64,000 bases of DNA, from the IMG/VR virus record IMGVR_UViG_3300027749_000038; one strand, given 5' to 3'. The position numbers were made by a program, and so were the translations under genes. A model generated the notes under the pieces. It ran no database searches. It saw only the letters and a program-made list of their open reading frames with translations, and was not told the origin of the DNA. This document shows positions 24,882-35,954 of this stretch, in pieces. Within the stretch, counting starts at the first letter, position 1, and each line of letters begins with the position of its first letter. Origin of the DNA: a virus.

Positions 24882-27533
24882 ATGCCAATTAAAATTTTAT
24901 CCAACACAAGTACTACAGGTTCAACTCAAACACTTGATCTATCTGCTACTAATTTAGTTTCCACAAACGGTTTAACCTCCGTAGATATATACAATTCTCA
25001 TAAAATGGGGATTGGTACCTTTCCAGAAGAAGCAGAAACTCTGAAAGTAGACGGCAATTTTTTAATAACCGGTAATTTGTCAGTTTCTGGTATTAAGACA
25101 TATTTAGAAGGCACAGAAGTAAACACTTATGCCTTCCATGTTCATTCTACAGCAAATCAAACAGCTTTAACCGTTAATCAAGGAGGAGATCATGTCTCAG
25201 CAGAGTTTTATGATCACGGCGGGCAAATAGCTTTATCCGTAGATGCTCATACAGATGCAGCCGGACATGTTGGTATCGGTACACTAGCTGCAGATAGTGC
25301 TTTAACTGTCATTGGAAGTGTTTCTGCTTCACAAACCATAACCGGTATCATGGGCCAATCCATGACAAATATTCCTCATTATGTTTGGGATAATTCCACA
25401 AACTATCTAGCTGGCAATTTTGCGACATATCAAGGTAGTTTATTTATTTGTGCTTCGGACATAGGTGCAAGTGTATATTACCCAAAAGTAGACGGCACAA
25501 ATCCAAATTGGGTGCTTGTGGCTCTTACTGGAAATCAAGGAGACCAGGGTAATCAAGGCAATCAGGGAGATCAAGGTTTTCAAGGCAACCAAGGATTTCA
25601 AGGCAATCAAGGATTTCAAGGAGATCAGGGAGACCAAGGATTTCAAGGCAATCAGGGTGACCAAGGATTCCAAGGTGATCAAGGATTCCAAGGCAATCAA
25701 GGCAATCAGGGGGATCAAGGCTTCCAAGGCAATCAAGGAGACCAAGGCAATCAAGGAGATCAAGGTGATCAAGGATTCCAAGGCAATCAGGGAGATCAAG
25801 GCAATCAAGGATTCCAAGGTGATCAAGGCTTCCAAGGCAATCAGGGAGATCAAGGTTTTCAAGGCAATCAAGGCAATCAAGGTTTCCAGGGCAATCAAGG
25901 AGACCAAGGTTTTCAAGGCAATCAAGGTTTTCAAGGCAATCAAGGATTCCAAGGAGATCAAGGTTTCCAAGGAGCTCAACACGGTTCTTCTGGGGATGTG
26001 TTTGCCGGGGTTTGGAGTACTCAAACATATAATTTAAATACAGTAGTTATAGATCCAATAAACTACAAGAGATACAAATTAACAGAATCTCCAGAGAATC
26101 CAATCGCAGCGTCAATGTATGCAACAGTATACACCACACCACCGAGCTTAATTCAAACAATGGCTTTGAATACTTCTTCTTTGCTTGGTATTTGGGGATT
26201 GTATGAAGATGAAGTTTGGTCTGGTTCTACAGTTTACCAATTAGGAGATATTGTAAAGTTCTCTGGAGTTTATTATCGCTTCATTAACTTAACACCTTCC
26301 TCCGGAGTTTCTGTTAATAACGGATCTCATTGGGATGTTACAACCTATGGTGGTGTAATAGGCAGTGGAGATCAAGGTTTCCAAGGAAATCAAGGCAATC
26401 AAGGCAATCAAGGATTCCAAGGAGACCAAGGCAATCAAGGTTTCCAGGGAGACCAGGGAGACCAGGGATTCCAAGGCAATCAAGGAGATCAAGGATTCCA
26501 AGGCAATCAAGGAGACCAAGGCAATCAAGGTTTCCAAGGAGATCAAGGCAATCAAGGTTTCCAAGGAGATCAAGGAGATCAAGGATTCCAAGGTAATCAA
26601 GGTTTCCAAGGCAATCAGGGAGATCAAGGTAATCAAGGTTTCCAAGGCAATCAGGGCGACCAAGGCAATCAGGGAGATCAAGGTTTCCAAGGTAATCAGG
26701 GTGACCAAGGTAATCAGGGTGACCAAGGCAATCAGGGCGACCAAGGTTTCCAAGGCAATCAAGGATTCCAAGGCGATCAAGGATTCCAAGGCAATCAGGG
26801 AGATCAAGGATTCCAAGGTAATCAAGGTTTCCAAGGCAATCAAGGTAATCAAGGTTTCCAAGGCAATCAAGGAGATCAAGGAGATCAAGGAGATCAAGGA
26901 GATCAGGGCGACCAAGGAGATCAGGGCGACCAAGGATTTCGCGGTACTTCTGGAGATCTTGGAAATCAAGGAAATCAAGGAGCCAGAGGACCAGTTATTA
27001 AATTTTCTAATACAGTTTATCTATCCGGAACTTCTTCAGAAGTTGTTAATATAAACCATTCTTTAGATTCTTTATATCCAACTACAGATATCTTTACCGC
27101 AGTCTATGACTTTGTTGGTGATTTGGTTTATGCTGATAGTACTTTAGTATCTGTTAATCAGATATCTTATACATTTAACTATGCTCCAGCTGGAAATTAC
27201 ACCTTTGTGATAATTGGTTGTAACACAGAATATGCAGCTACAAGATACTTCTATGCTACATCAGATTCATCCTGGTTAACTTTAGGTAATTGGTATGTAG
27301 ATGATGCTCACACTATTACAGCAACCTCTTTACCTACCACAGAAACATTAGCCCTAATAGCTCCAGGAAGTGTTTCTCCTTACGTAAATCTAGACGACCC
27401 ATCCTGGATTCAACCCAAGAAAATAGTTTCTGGAACTATCGGTATAGAGTTTCATTCTACAACTTCGGCTAATGTAACCTGTATTGTAGAAGGCAATGCT
27501 ACCTTCACTGGCAATGCTACCTATAATGTATAA
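24882..27533 (+). CDS. collagen-like tail/whisker fibre protein
   Basis: Gly-X-Gln tracts at 25530-25979 (50 triplets) and 26367-26933 (63 triplets); GIGT fibre motifs. Confidence 0.9.
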   Translation: MPIKILSNTSTTGSTQTLDLSATNLVSTNGLTSVDIYNSHKMGIGTFPEEAETLKVDGNFLITGNLSVSGIKTYLEGTEVNTYAFHVHSTANQTALTVNQGGDHVSAEFYDHGGQIALSVDAHTDAAGHVGIGTLAADSALTVIGSVSASQTITGIMGQSMTNIPHYVWDNSTNYLAGNFATYQGSLFICASDIGASVYYPKVDGTNPNWVLVALTGNQGDQGNQGNQGDQGFQGNQGFQGNQGFQGDQGDQGFQGNQGDQGFQGDQGFQGNQGNQGDQGFQGNQGDQGNQGDQGDQGFQGNQGDQGNQGFQGDQGFQGNQGDQGFQGNQGNQGFQGNQGDQGFQGNQGFQGNQGFQGDQGFQGAQHGSSGDVFAGVWSTQTYNLNTVVIDPINYKRYKLTESPENPIAASMYATVYTTPPSLIQTMALNTSSLLGIWGLYEDEVWSGSTVYQLGDIVKFSGVYYRFINLTPSSGVSVNNGSHWDVTTYGGVIGSGDQGFQGNQGNQGNQGFQGDQGNQGFQGDQGDQGFQGNQGDQGFQGNQGDQGNQGFQGDQGNQGFQGDQGDQGFQGNQGFQGNQGDQGNQGFQGNQGDQGNQGDQGFQGNQGDQGNQGDQGNQGDQGFQGNQGFQGDQGFQGNQGDQGFQGNQGFQGNQGNQGFQGNQGDQGDQGDQGDQGDQGDQGDQGFRGTSGDLGNQGNQGARGPVIKFSNTVYLSGTSSEVVNINHSLDSLYPTTDIFTAVYDFVGDLVYADSTLVSVNQISYTFNYAPAGNYTFVIIGCNTEYAATRYFYATSDSSWLTLGNWYVDDAHTITATSLPTTETLALIAPGSVSPYVNLDDPSWIQPKKIVSGTIGIEFHSTTSANVTCIVEGNATFTGNATYNV

Positions 27534-27572
27534 TAGTATAACTTAAAATTTAATAAATAATATATAATAAAT

Positions 27573-30500
27573 ATGTCAAATCCAAATGCTCAAATTTACG
27601 GCTCTGCGAATTTTTATGACCAGAGTGAAAATGGTGGTGTGGTATCAAATGCTATCTTTCATGACAATGCTCTTAATTCTGGAGTAGTTACTTTATCCGG
27701 AGTTTTTAATGATGCGGCTACTAATGATGGAACAATTTTATCAACAGCCATCTTTACTGGTATCTCTACCAACAACGGAATTGTTAGAAAAATTGCTATC
27801 TTTACAGACTCTGCAGTTAACAGCGAAACCGCCGTTATTCAAGGAAATGCTAATTTTTCTTCTGGAACAGTAAACAACGGAGTTTTACAAGGTACCAATT
27901 CTGGAGCTGGTGGTTTGGTTGATCATGCTTATCATCAAGGATCCTATTGGTCTAATGCAGCTACTTTAGAATTAGGAGACACAGTCTATCTATATCGTTA
28001 TGAAAATGTTAAAGCTTCTAATGTAACAATCTCATCTCCGGGTCTAACTGCAGAGGTCAATAGCCAAGGTATTGTAACTAGTATAACAAGAATAGATCAT
28101 CCCGAGCGTCATAGTATTTATTGGTCTGATGATGCTGTATTGTCTGTAGGCAGTTCCTTATACCCCTCACGATACACAAACACTTTAGCCGGTAGTGGTA
28201 ATTTTACCGCAGCTGGTTATATATTTACCTTTGTAAATGGGTTAGTGACTCAAATCCAAGCAGCCGGATTGCTTGGCTGGTACGAAGACACTTCAAATGC
28301 TCATCACGCCGTTACACTCAATGGCTCTGTGACTCAGAATGATGAAGGTGGTGGAGTTAAGGCTGCAAGATTTGATAACATTGGCAGTTTGACATTTGAT
28401 GCCACAGCATTGGATTTGAGCAATACTACCGATGATATTGCTATAGAGTTTTTTGCAAAACTAGATGCATCTCAAGATAGTATATTTTTGCGTAATGCAG
28501 CAGGGTTGTTTATTTTGCCATCCGCATATCATGGAAACGTGTTGGATGTCGGTGATGGAACGGGCCTTGAGTTATATTCTCAATCCAACGTATTCACATA
28601 CGGTAGTTATCAACACTTCCGTGTTGTGAGATCAAGCGGAGTAACCAAAGTATTTGTCAATGGTGTCAAAGTAACCGAATCTTCAACATTTGATTGGAGC
28701 CACGGATACGACAACTCTATTACATATGTTCTTGGTGGCACGGCAGGTGGTGTTCCTGGATTGGTTGGCAACATTGCTGCTTTCAGAGCAGTGATTGGTT
28801 CTGATCTCGGATCTGGAGACGGGTTTGCCGTACCAACAACATTACCAACAGCAGTTAGTGGTACTCAGTTGTTGCTAAACTTTGGAGCAACAGCAGTGCC
28901 TCATGTAGCTCATTGGTACGATGACGCTTCAGATGCTGCTCACGCAGTAACACTCAATGGCTCCGTAACTCAGAGTGATGAAGGTGGTGGAGTTAAAGCT
29001 GCGTTGTTTGATGGAGGTAGTTCATTCAAAATTACTCCCGACTCTAACTTGGACATTTCTGCATCAGACTTCACAATTGAAACTTGGTTAAAAGTAATTA
29101 GTTACGACGCGGCAAACAGCGCCACACTTATAGCAAAAGATGTTGTCGCTTATCAATACAGAGGTTCCTACGTTATTGGTGCAGAGGGAGATAATAAAAT
29201 TGGTTTTTCCGCTAGCTCAACTGATGCTTGGGGAGCTCCAGATTTTAATATATTAACTAATTCATCATTTAGTTTTAATACATGGAATCATATTGCGGTA
29301 ACAAGAGAAATTTCGACAAATACTATTCGATTGTTCTTGAACGGCATTTTAGAGGCTGAACAAGCGCTTCCGTTTGCTATGCAAGACTTTGGAAGAGCCT
29401 TGACTCTGGGGCGAGCAGAAAGAGATTATCCAAACAGTATGCTAAATGGTGATCTTGCAGGTCTTCGTATAGTTAAGGGATCAGCTCTCTACACCAGCAA
29501 CTTCTCAGTCCCAACAACATTACCAACAGCAGTTAGTGGTACTCAGTTGTTGCTGAACTTTGGTGCTACAGCAGTACCAACGGTTGTATTAAATGACATT
29601 TTCACTGATGTCTCTATCGACGGAAGCTACAACATTACACCTTACAGCTACACCACACACGCCGGTAGATTCTATGTTGACGGCGTTCCCTTTACAGGTA
29701 CTCATCAGGTAACTGATTATGTTATAGAATATGATGGTTATAGCACGATTACAGGTTATCACACAACTACGAGAGACATTTTGTTTATCGTAGGTACTGA
29801 AGTTAATCTCGGAAGTGTGCCTTCTGTTTCTTATACTGATGGAGTTTATACCATTACTGGAGACGTCGATGTCAGCAGCAGAGGTTTAACTTCGTTGCAC
29901 TTTGCAGATTGTGTAGTGACTGGAAATTTCAATTGCAGCAGCAATCAATTGACTAGTTTGCAAGGTGCTCCTAGCACTATAGGTTTTGATTTCAATTGCA
30001 ATAACAACCTATTAACTAGCTTACAGTATGCTCCTAGCACTGTGGGTAGAGATTTCAATTGCAATAACAACCTATTAACTAGCTTACAGTATGCTCCTAG
30101 CACTGTGGGTAGAGATTTCAATTGCAATAACAACCTATTAACTAGTTTGCAAGGTGCTCCTAGCGGCGTTGGTGAAAATTTCAATTGCAGCAGCAATCAA
30201 TTGACTAGTTTGCGATATGCTCCTAGCAGCGTTGGTGGAAATTTCAATTGCAGCAGCAATCAATTGACTAGTTTGCGATATGCTCCTAGTAGTGTAGTTT
30301 TCGATTTCTATTGCAATAACAACCTATTAACTAGCTTACAGTATGCTCCTAGCAGCGTTGGTGGAAATTTCTATTGCAGCAGCAATCAATTGACCGACTT
30401 ACAATATGCTCCTAGTAGTGTAGTTTTCGATTTCAATTGCAATAACAACCTATTAACTAGCTTACAGTATGCTCCTAGCACTGTGGGTGGAAATTTCAAT

Positions 30501-31694
30501 TGCAGCAGCAATCAATTGACCGACTTACAATATGCTCCTAGTAGTGTAGTTTTCGATTTCAATTGCAATAACAACCTATTAACTAGTTTGCAAGGTGCTC
30601 CTAGCAGCGTTGGTGGAAATTTCTATTGCAGCAGCAATCAATTGACTAGTTTGCAAGGTGCTCCTAGCACTATAGGTTTTGATTTCAATTGCAATAACAA
30701 CCTATTAACTAGCTTACAGTATGCTCCTAGCACTGTGGGTGGAAATTTCAATTGCAGCAGCAATCAATTGACCGACTTACAATATGCTCCTAGTAGTGTT
30801 GGTGGTAATTTTGCTTTTTACGGCAATCGATTCTCATTCCCAATCATCTCAACAGATGTTGCTAATGTTTATTGGGAGTATTATGGTTCTAATTACCGCA
30901 AACATGCCACCAATCATCACTATGTCCACGGCAGCTACTATGCAGATGTGGCGGTGTTGGTAAGCGGTACTACTGTATTGTACACAGCCTCGGACAGTAA
31001 TACAGTAGTGGCTAACGTGACGTTCAACACAACCACCAATACGATAACCACTAATGGTAGTGGCGTTGTGACTATTAGTGATCTTTGGTTTAAAGATACT
31101 AGTGCGGCTCAGCATACCATTACACTCAACGGCTCTGTAACTCAGAGTGACGAAGGTAGTGGAGTTAAAGCTGCGTTGTTTGATGGAAGCACTGGGTATT
31201 TGTCTTTAGACCCTCAAAGCGGATTTGTTCTTGATGGAGCATTTGCGTTTGATGGCTTTTTTAACTTTGAAACGCTGAATGGCGAGCATATAATTGTTTT
31301 AGATGATTACATTACAGGTTTTGTGGTGCGCCCTGTTAATAGTGTATTGCAAGTATTCTTTGCCAATACTAGCCACGTAATTGAATGTGGTTTTGTAACT
31401 AACCAAACGTATTATTTAGCTATTTCAAGAGAAGCAAATGGAGATGTAAGTGTGTTTGTTAATGCCTCTTTAATGGGCACATTTAATGACTCTTCTTTCT
31501 TGACCTGTAATACAAATCTTACAGTTGGTGTAGATACATGGTCCTTTACCGAGCATTACGCGGGCAAAATGTACAACGTGCGTCTTATCAAAGACAGCAC
31601 ACTTGATGGCAGTATTCCTACGCAATTACCAACAGCAGTATCTGGTACACAGTTGCTGCTAAATTTTGGAGCTACAAATGCTCCAACTGTATAA
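27573..31694 (+). CDS. receptor-binding fibre with three LamG/ConA-like modules and a 14-unit LRR block
   Basis: WNHIAVTR and similar LamG motifs; 22-aa LTSLQxAPSxVxxxFxCxxN repeats. Confidence 0.85.
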   Translation: MSNPNAQIYGSANFYDQSENGGVVSNAIFHDNALNSGVVTLSGVFNDAATNDGTILSTAIFTGISTNNGIVRKIAIFTDSAVNSETAVIQGNANFSSGTVNNGVLQGTNSGAGGLVDHAYHQGSYWSNAATLELGDTVYLYRYENVKASNVTISSPGLTAEVNSQGIVTSITRIDHPERHSIYWSDDAVLSVGSSLYPSRYTNTLAGSGNFTAAGYIFTFVNGLVTQIQAAGLLGWYEDTSNAHHAVTLNGSVTQNDEGGGVKAARFDNIGSLTFDATALDLSNTTDDIAIEFFAKLDASQDSIFLRNAAGLFILPSAYHGNVLDVGDGTGLELYSQSNVFTYGSYQHFRVVRSSGVTKVFVNGVKVTESSTFDWSHGYDNSITYVLGGTAGGVPGLVGNIAAFRAVIGSDLGSGDGFAVPTTLPTAVSGTQLLLNFGATAVPHVAHWYDDASDAAHAVTLNGSVTQSDEGGGVKAALFDGGSSFKITPDSNLDISASDFTIETWLKVISYDAANSATLIAKDVVAYQYRGSYVIGAEGDNKIGFSASSTDAWGAPDFNILTNSSFSFNTWNHIAVTREISTNTIRLFLNGILEAEQALPFAMQDFGRALTLGRAERDYPNSMLNGDLAGLRIVKGSALYTSNFSVPTTLPTAVSGTQLLLNFGATAVPTVVLNDIFTDVSIDGSYNITPYSYTTHAGRFYVDGVPFTGTHQVTDYVIEYDGYSTITGYHTTTRDILFIVGTEVNLGSVPSVSYTDGVYTITGDVDVSSRGLTSLHFADCVVTGNFNCSSNQLTSLQGAPSTIGFDFNCNNNLLTSLQYAPSTVGRDFNCNNNLLTSLQYAPSTVGRDFNCNNNLLTSLQGAPSGVGENFNCSSNQLTSLRYAPSSVGGNFNCSSNQLTSLRYAPSSVVFDFYCNNNLLTSLQYAPSSVGGNFYCSSNQLTDLQYAPSSVVFDFNCNNNLLTSLQYAPSTVGGNFNCSSNQLTDLQYAPSSVVFDFNCNNNLLTSLQGAPSSVGGNFYCSSNQLTSLQGAPSTIGFDFNCNNNLLTSLQYAPSTVGGNFNCSSNQLTDLQYAPSSVGGNFAFYGNRFSFPIISTDVANVYWEYYGSNYRKHATNHHYVHGSYYADVAVLVSGTTVLYTASDSNTVVANVTFNTTTNTITTNGSGVVTISDLWFKDTSAAQHTITLNGSVTQSDEGSGVKAALFDGSTGYLSLDPQSGFVLDGAFAFDGFFNFETLNGEHIIVLDDYITGFVVRPVNSVLQVFFANTSHVIECGFVTNQTYYLAISREANGDVSVFVNASLMGTFNDSSFLTCNTNLTVGVDTWSFTEHYAGKMYNVRLIKDSTLDGSIPTQLPTAVSGTQLLLNFGATNAPTV
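29924..30820 (+). repeat. 66-bp mosaic tandem repeat encoding LRR units
   Basis: 14 units built from near-identical DNA blocks. Confidence 0.9.
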
Positions 31695-31721
31695 ACTATA
31701 AGAAAATTAAACAAAAGCAAA

Positions 31722-31752
31722 AACCCCTACAAGTCCTATCCTTGTAGGGGTT
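31722..31752. terminator. 12-bp stem hairpin (terminator-like)
   Basis: aacccctacaag-tcctatc-cttgtaggggtt; A-run on the 5' side only. Confidence 0.55.
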
Positions 31753-31756
31753 AAAT

Positions 31757-33253
31757 ATGTATATGCAAATACAGATTCCAAATAAAGAACTTATTGATCC
31801 AACCACTATCAAAAAGATAGAGGTTGCTGGGTTTGCTATAAAACCCAGCGGACCTGCTGAGATATTGTTTAGTGTTTCTCCTGCGGTTGCAACTATACTG
31901 GATTCTGAATTTTTTGAGTTTGACGACTCTTTCTCAAAGACGGTTGATTATGTGCAATTTAAATATAGTCACAGTAATGCTGTAAAGTCTGCTACTTGGC
32001 ATAATAAAGATAACAACACCATGTTGACCAGAAGTGGATATATAAAAATCGGTATACCTGAATCAATTCTTTTGAACGAGAATAACATTCAAGCCCTGCA
32101 GCTAGAAACTGCGGAAGTAAAGGACGGCGAGACCAAAGATTATGTGCCTCTTGAAATATCTCTAGAGAGGTTGAGGGCTGTGGAATTTGTGGATCTGGAT
32201 CTGGATACGTATGAGAAATGTGCAAAAATACAAATACGGGTTTTTTACAAAAACAATATCAGTGAAATTTTTAAGTTTAGTCATAAAACCCAGGCGGTCT
32301 ATCGATCCAAACTGCTGCTAGATGCTCAGTTGTGTGTACGGCATAAAACGTCCGAGTTATATGAAGATTCAACAGAAGGACGCAATTCCTGTCTACTAGA
32401 GCTTGAAGATAAAACCAACACTGTTTGTAAGTTGCGCAAAGAGACAAAAGGAACAAAGAATCTTGTCTACTACACAATTTTTTTTGATAAGGGCTATATA
32501 GAGCTGTTGGATAAATCGGTACTGTCTGTGCTAGAGCGGAGTGAAATTAATTTTGATTTGCTGCTTATTACAGACAGTGAAACCAAAGCAAAGCTAGAGA
32601 GTTGTGCATTCAGGGATAAAATAACTCCCAAATATCTAACTGTTGAAACTCCTCTCGATGGTGTGGAAGCTTCGCAGAATAAAACTAGAGTATTTGAATA
32701 CGAGGATATAGACAGCTACGATAAAATATTATTTCTAGATTGTGATATTGTCTGCCTTAAAGATATCAACAGTATTTTTAATGAAGAGCTGGAGCACGAG
32801 ACGCTGTACACCGCTAGAAACACAAATATAAGATGGCACCATCACAAGTCATTTCATCACGGCTTTGAATTATTGGGGGACTTACATGTTCGAGAAATGA
32901 TGTACGCCCGACAAATGCCTTTTAATGCTGGACAATTTTTGTTTAGAAACTCCAGCAGGATGAGAGCCCATTTCAGTAACGTGAATTGGTTCATGAAAAC
33001 ATGGGCTGGTGAATATTTCTTTGAACAGGCGTTCATGTGCTATTATTTCTGCAAAGCCTATTTAACTGATGACAGCGTCTTAAACAAATACATGAGCATC
33101 ATCTCTACAACGACTACTACCGAATACAGTATTACCGAAGATACATGTTTGGTACACTTCATTGCTCCTCCATTGGACGCTAAAACAAAACTGAAGTTCA
33201 TTGATTTCTTTCTTAAGGAACACGAGACCAATGATAATCACATAATAATATAA
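31757..33253 (+). CDS. protein with C-terminal GT-A (GT8-like) glycosyltransferase domain
   Basis: KILFLDCDIV DxD motif, FNAGQF, EQAFM, CLVHF. Confidence 0.8.
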   Translation: MYMQIQIPNKELIDPTTIKKIEVAGFAIKPSGPAEILFSVSPAVATILDSEFFEFDDSFSKTVDYVQFKYSHSNAVKSATWHNKDNNTMLTRSGYIKIGIPESILLNENNIQALQLETAEVKDGETKDYVPLEISLERLRAVEFVDLDLDTYEKCAKIQIRVFYKNNISEIFKFSHKTQAVYRSKLLLDAQLCVRHKTSELYEDSTEGRNSCLLELEDKTNTVCKLRKETKGTKNLVYYTIFFDKGYIELLDKSVLSVLERSEINFDLLLITDSETKAKLESCAFRDKITPKYLTVETPLDGVEASQNKTRVFEYEDIDSYDKILFLDCDIVCLKDINSIFNEELEHETLYTARNTNIRWHHHKSFHHGFELLGDLHVREMMYARQMPFNAGQFLFRNSSRMRAHFSNVNWFMKTWAGEYFFEQAFMCYYFCKAYLTDDSVLNKYMSIISTTTTTEYSITEDTCLVHFIAPPLDAKTKLKFIDFFLKEHETNDNHIII

Positions 33254-33330
33254 TATGCGCGAAGCTGTATATCAAATATCCTTCAAAAACATAAACTCAA
33301 GACTGTACGAACTAATACAAAAACATAATT

Positions 33331-33942
33331 ATGAGTAATTTATTACTTCCTAAATCCAGCTTTATTCATATTCCTAAATGTGCGGGTACACATTTACAGA
33401 ACTTTCTATATCATCTAGAACTACCTAAATATAGATACAACGAACCCCAAGACGGGCATTTATTTCTTCATCAAATGACTCAAAGCAAGAATGCCTATAA
33501 TTTTTGTTTTGTGCGACATCCTTATACGTGGTGGCCTTCTTTTTACGAGTGGAGTAAACATACTAGATTTAGTGCAATGGAAAAGGAGTCACCTAATTTT
33601 GATACTTGGATTCAAGACTATGGAGCTTTTTGGATGGGCCTTTATACTCAATTGGTGAAGAGATATATAGGAGAAGATAATAACTATATCTCAGATATTA
33701 AAATAAATTTTATAGGCAAAACCGAAAATTTATATAAAGATTTATTTATAATTCTTAAAAATGCTGGGGAAGTGTTTGATGAAACCCAATTTAAAAAGTT
33801 GGTAGAAGAAACAGACTCCAGAGAATCATTAATTAAGTGGGCTAATAAACAGGAATATAATAGAGAAATATCTGAAGAATCTAAAAATATTATATATAAA
33901 ACTGAAAAATGGGTGTTTGATAGATTTGATTATAATCACTAA
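33331..33942 (+). CDS. sulfotransferase family 2-like protein
   Basis: FIHIPKCAGT PAPS-binding motif, FVRHP, FIGKTENL. Confidence 0.8.
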   Translation: MSNLLLPKSSFIHIPKCAGTHLQNFLYHLELPKYRYNEPQDGHLFLHQMTQSKNAYNFCFVRHPYTWWPSFYEWSKHTRFSAMEKESPNFDTWIQDYGAFWMGLYTQLVKRYIGEDNNYISDIKINFIGKTENLYKDLFIILKNAGEVFDETQFKKLVEETDSRESLIKWANKQEYNREISEESKNIIYKTEKWVFDRFDYNH

Positions 33943-33995
33943 TTAGATTAAAATTTTTATAAAATTGTGATTAGTTTCAGCATAAGTATTCACAT

Positions 33996-35936
33996 ATGGC
34001 TCTGCAAATCGTATCTAATTTACAAAATACTGGAAATCTTAATCTACAGGATGTTAGCTCAACTAATATCACTGCCTCACAGGGTGTAAGCTCTGTTGAC
34101 ATCTATGCCTCTGGGAACGTTGGTATTGGTATCAACGCTCCAACAGAAAAACTTCATGTAGTTGGCAATGTTCTTATTACTGGTAGTTTATCTGCGTTAG
34201 GAGACTTTACCTCTTTTCAAACCAATGTTACAGAGACAAGTGCTTTGTCGATTACTAACCTAGGAACCGGACCAGCTTTATTAGTAACACAAACTGGAGA
34301 CGCTCCTATTGCAGCATTTTATGATGATAATGGGTTGGTTAGTTTATTCGTAGATGGGCACACTAGTAGACCTGGTTATGTGGGTATCGGAACAGAACTT
34401 CCAAATGAAAAATTAACCGTGGTAGGAGCTATATCTGCTTCTGGGCATATTCATGGAGATGTTAGTCCTTCCATGGCCTTAATATTCAAAGGACCTTGGA
34501 ATAGTGCCACACATTACTTAGCTGGATTTATAGCAGAATATCAAGGTTCTAGTTATGTATGTGAAGTAGCAAACACTAACCACGTTCCGGCTGGAGACAA
34601 TGTAAGATGGAGTCTTTTAGTTGCAATGGGAGATCAAGGTTTCCAAGGCAATCAAGGCAATCAAGGTGACCAAGGCAATCAGGGATTCCAAGGAGACCAA
34701 GGCAATCAGGGATTCCAAGGCGATCAAGGAGACCAAGGCAATCAAGGTTTCCAAGGAGACCAAGGCAATCAAGGAGATCAAGGCAATCAAGGATTCCAAG
34801 GTGATCAGGGTGATCAGGGTGATCAAGGATTCCAGGGAGACCAAGGTAACCAAGGATTCCAGGGAGATCAAGGTAACCAGGGTTTCCAAGGGGACCAAGG
34901 TAACCAGGGTTTCCAAGGGGACCAAGGCAATCAAGGTTTCCAAGGCGATCAAGGTAACCAGGGCTTCCAAGGGGATCAAGGCAATCAAGGTTTTCAGGGT
35001 GATCAAGGTTTCCAAGGCGATCAAGGTTTCCAAGGCGATCAAGGCGATCAAGGATTTCAGGGTAATCAGGGGTTTCAGGGAAATCAAGGCGATCAAGGAT
35101 TCCAAGGCAATCAAGGCGATCAAGGATTCCAAGGCAATCAAGGCGACCAAGGCGACCAAGGTAATCAGGGATTCCAAGGCGACCAGGGAAATCAAGGATT
35201 CCAAGGCGACCAGGGAAATCAAGGATTCCAAGGCGACCAAGGTGATCAAGGCAATCAGGGATTCCAAGGAGACCAAGGCAATCAGGGATTCCAAGGAGAT
35301 CAAGGCAATCAGGGTGATCAAGGCAATCAAGGATTCCAAGGTGATCAAGGCAATCAAGGATTCCAAGGTGATCAGGGAGATCAAGGCAATCAAGGATTCC
35401 AGGGCAATCAAGGTGATCAAGGATTCCAAGGCGCTCAGGGGGATCAAGGCAACCAAGGATTCCAAGGAGATCAGGGTGATCAAGGAGATCAAGGTGATCA
35501 AGGCAATCAAGGTTTCCAAGGAGACCAAGGCAATCAAGGTTTCCAAGGGGACCAAGGCAATCAAGGCAATCAAGGATTCCAAGGCAATCAAGGTTTCCAG
35601 GGTAATCAGGGAGATCAAGGCAATCAAGGTTTCCAAGGCAATCAAGGTTTCCAAGGGGACCAAGGCAATCAAGGATTCCAAGGCGCCCAGGGTGATCAAG
35701 GCAATCAAGGACCTGTTGGTTTGGTAAAATATGTAGAGACCAACACCCTCACCGGTGCTGCTACAGAAATTGTAAGTGTTTATCATAATCTCAATACAGA
35801 TGTTGTACCAGTAGTTTATAATGTCAGCACTGGAGATGTTATCTTGGTAGCAGCCACAGTTATTACTTCAAATCGTTTAGACTTTACTTTTAATAATGAA
35901 GCTCCTGGTGATTATAAGTTTTTAATATTTGGTTAA
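33996..35936 (+). CDS. collagen-like fibre protein, paralog of 24882..27533
   Basis: 120 uninterrupted Gly-X-Gln triplets at 34629-35708; shared N- and C-terminal domains. Confidence 0.9.
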   Translation: MALQIVSNLQNTGNLNLQDVSSTNITASQGVSSVDIYASGNVGIGINAPTEKLHVVGNVLITGSLSALGDFTSFQTNVTETSALSITNLGTGPALLVTQTGDAPIAAFYDDNGLVSLFVDGHTSRPGYVGIGTELPNEKLTVVGAISASGHIHGDVSPSMALIFKGPWNSATHYLAGFIAEYQGSSYVCEVANTNHVPAGDNVRWSLLVAMGDQGFQGNQGNQGDQGNQGFQGDQGNQGFQGDQGDQGNQGFQGDQGNQGDQGNQGFQGDQGDQGDQGFQGDQGNQGFQGDQGNQGFQGDQGNQGFQGDQGNQGFQGDQGNQGFQGDQGNQGFQGDQGFQGDQGFQGDQGDQGFQGNQGFQGNQGDQGFQGNQGDQGFQGNQGDQGDQGNQGFQGDQGNQGFQGDQGNQGFQGDQGDQGNQGFQGDQGNQGFQGDQGNQGDQGNQGFQGDQGNQGFQGDQGDQGNQGFQGNQGDQGFQGAQGDQGNQGFQGDQGDQGDQGDQGNQGFQGDQGNQGFQGDQGNQGNQGFQGNQGFQGNQGDQGNQGFQGNQGFQGDQGNQGFQGAQGDQGNQGPVGLVKYVETNTLTGAATEIVSVYHNLNTDVVPVVYNVSTGDVILVAATVITSNRLDFTFNNEAPGDYKFLIFG

Positions 35937-35954
35937 TCTAAAATTAAATTAAAT

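Noticed and set aside
29924-30820. Diversity-generating retroelement acting on the LRR block
   Set aside because: No reverse transcriptase in the window, and the variation is block-wise rather than adenine-specific
25440-35786. Long antisense and alternate-frame ORFs over the collagen tracts (e.g. 25440..26024, 26289..26978, 34617..35786, 34621..35727)
   Set aside because: Shadow frames of the 9-bp Gly-X-Gln repeat
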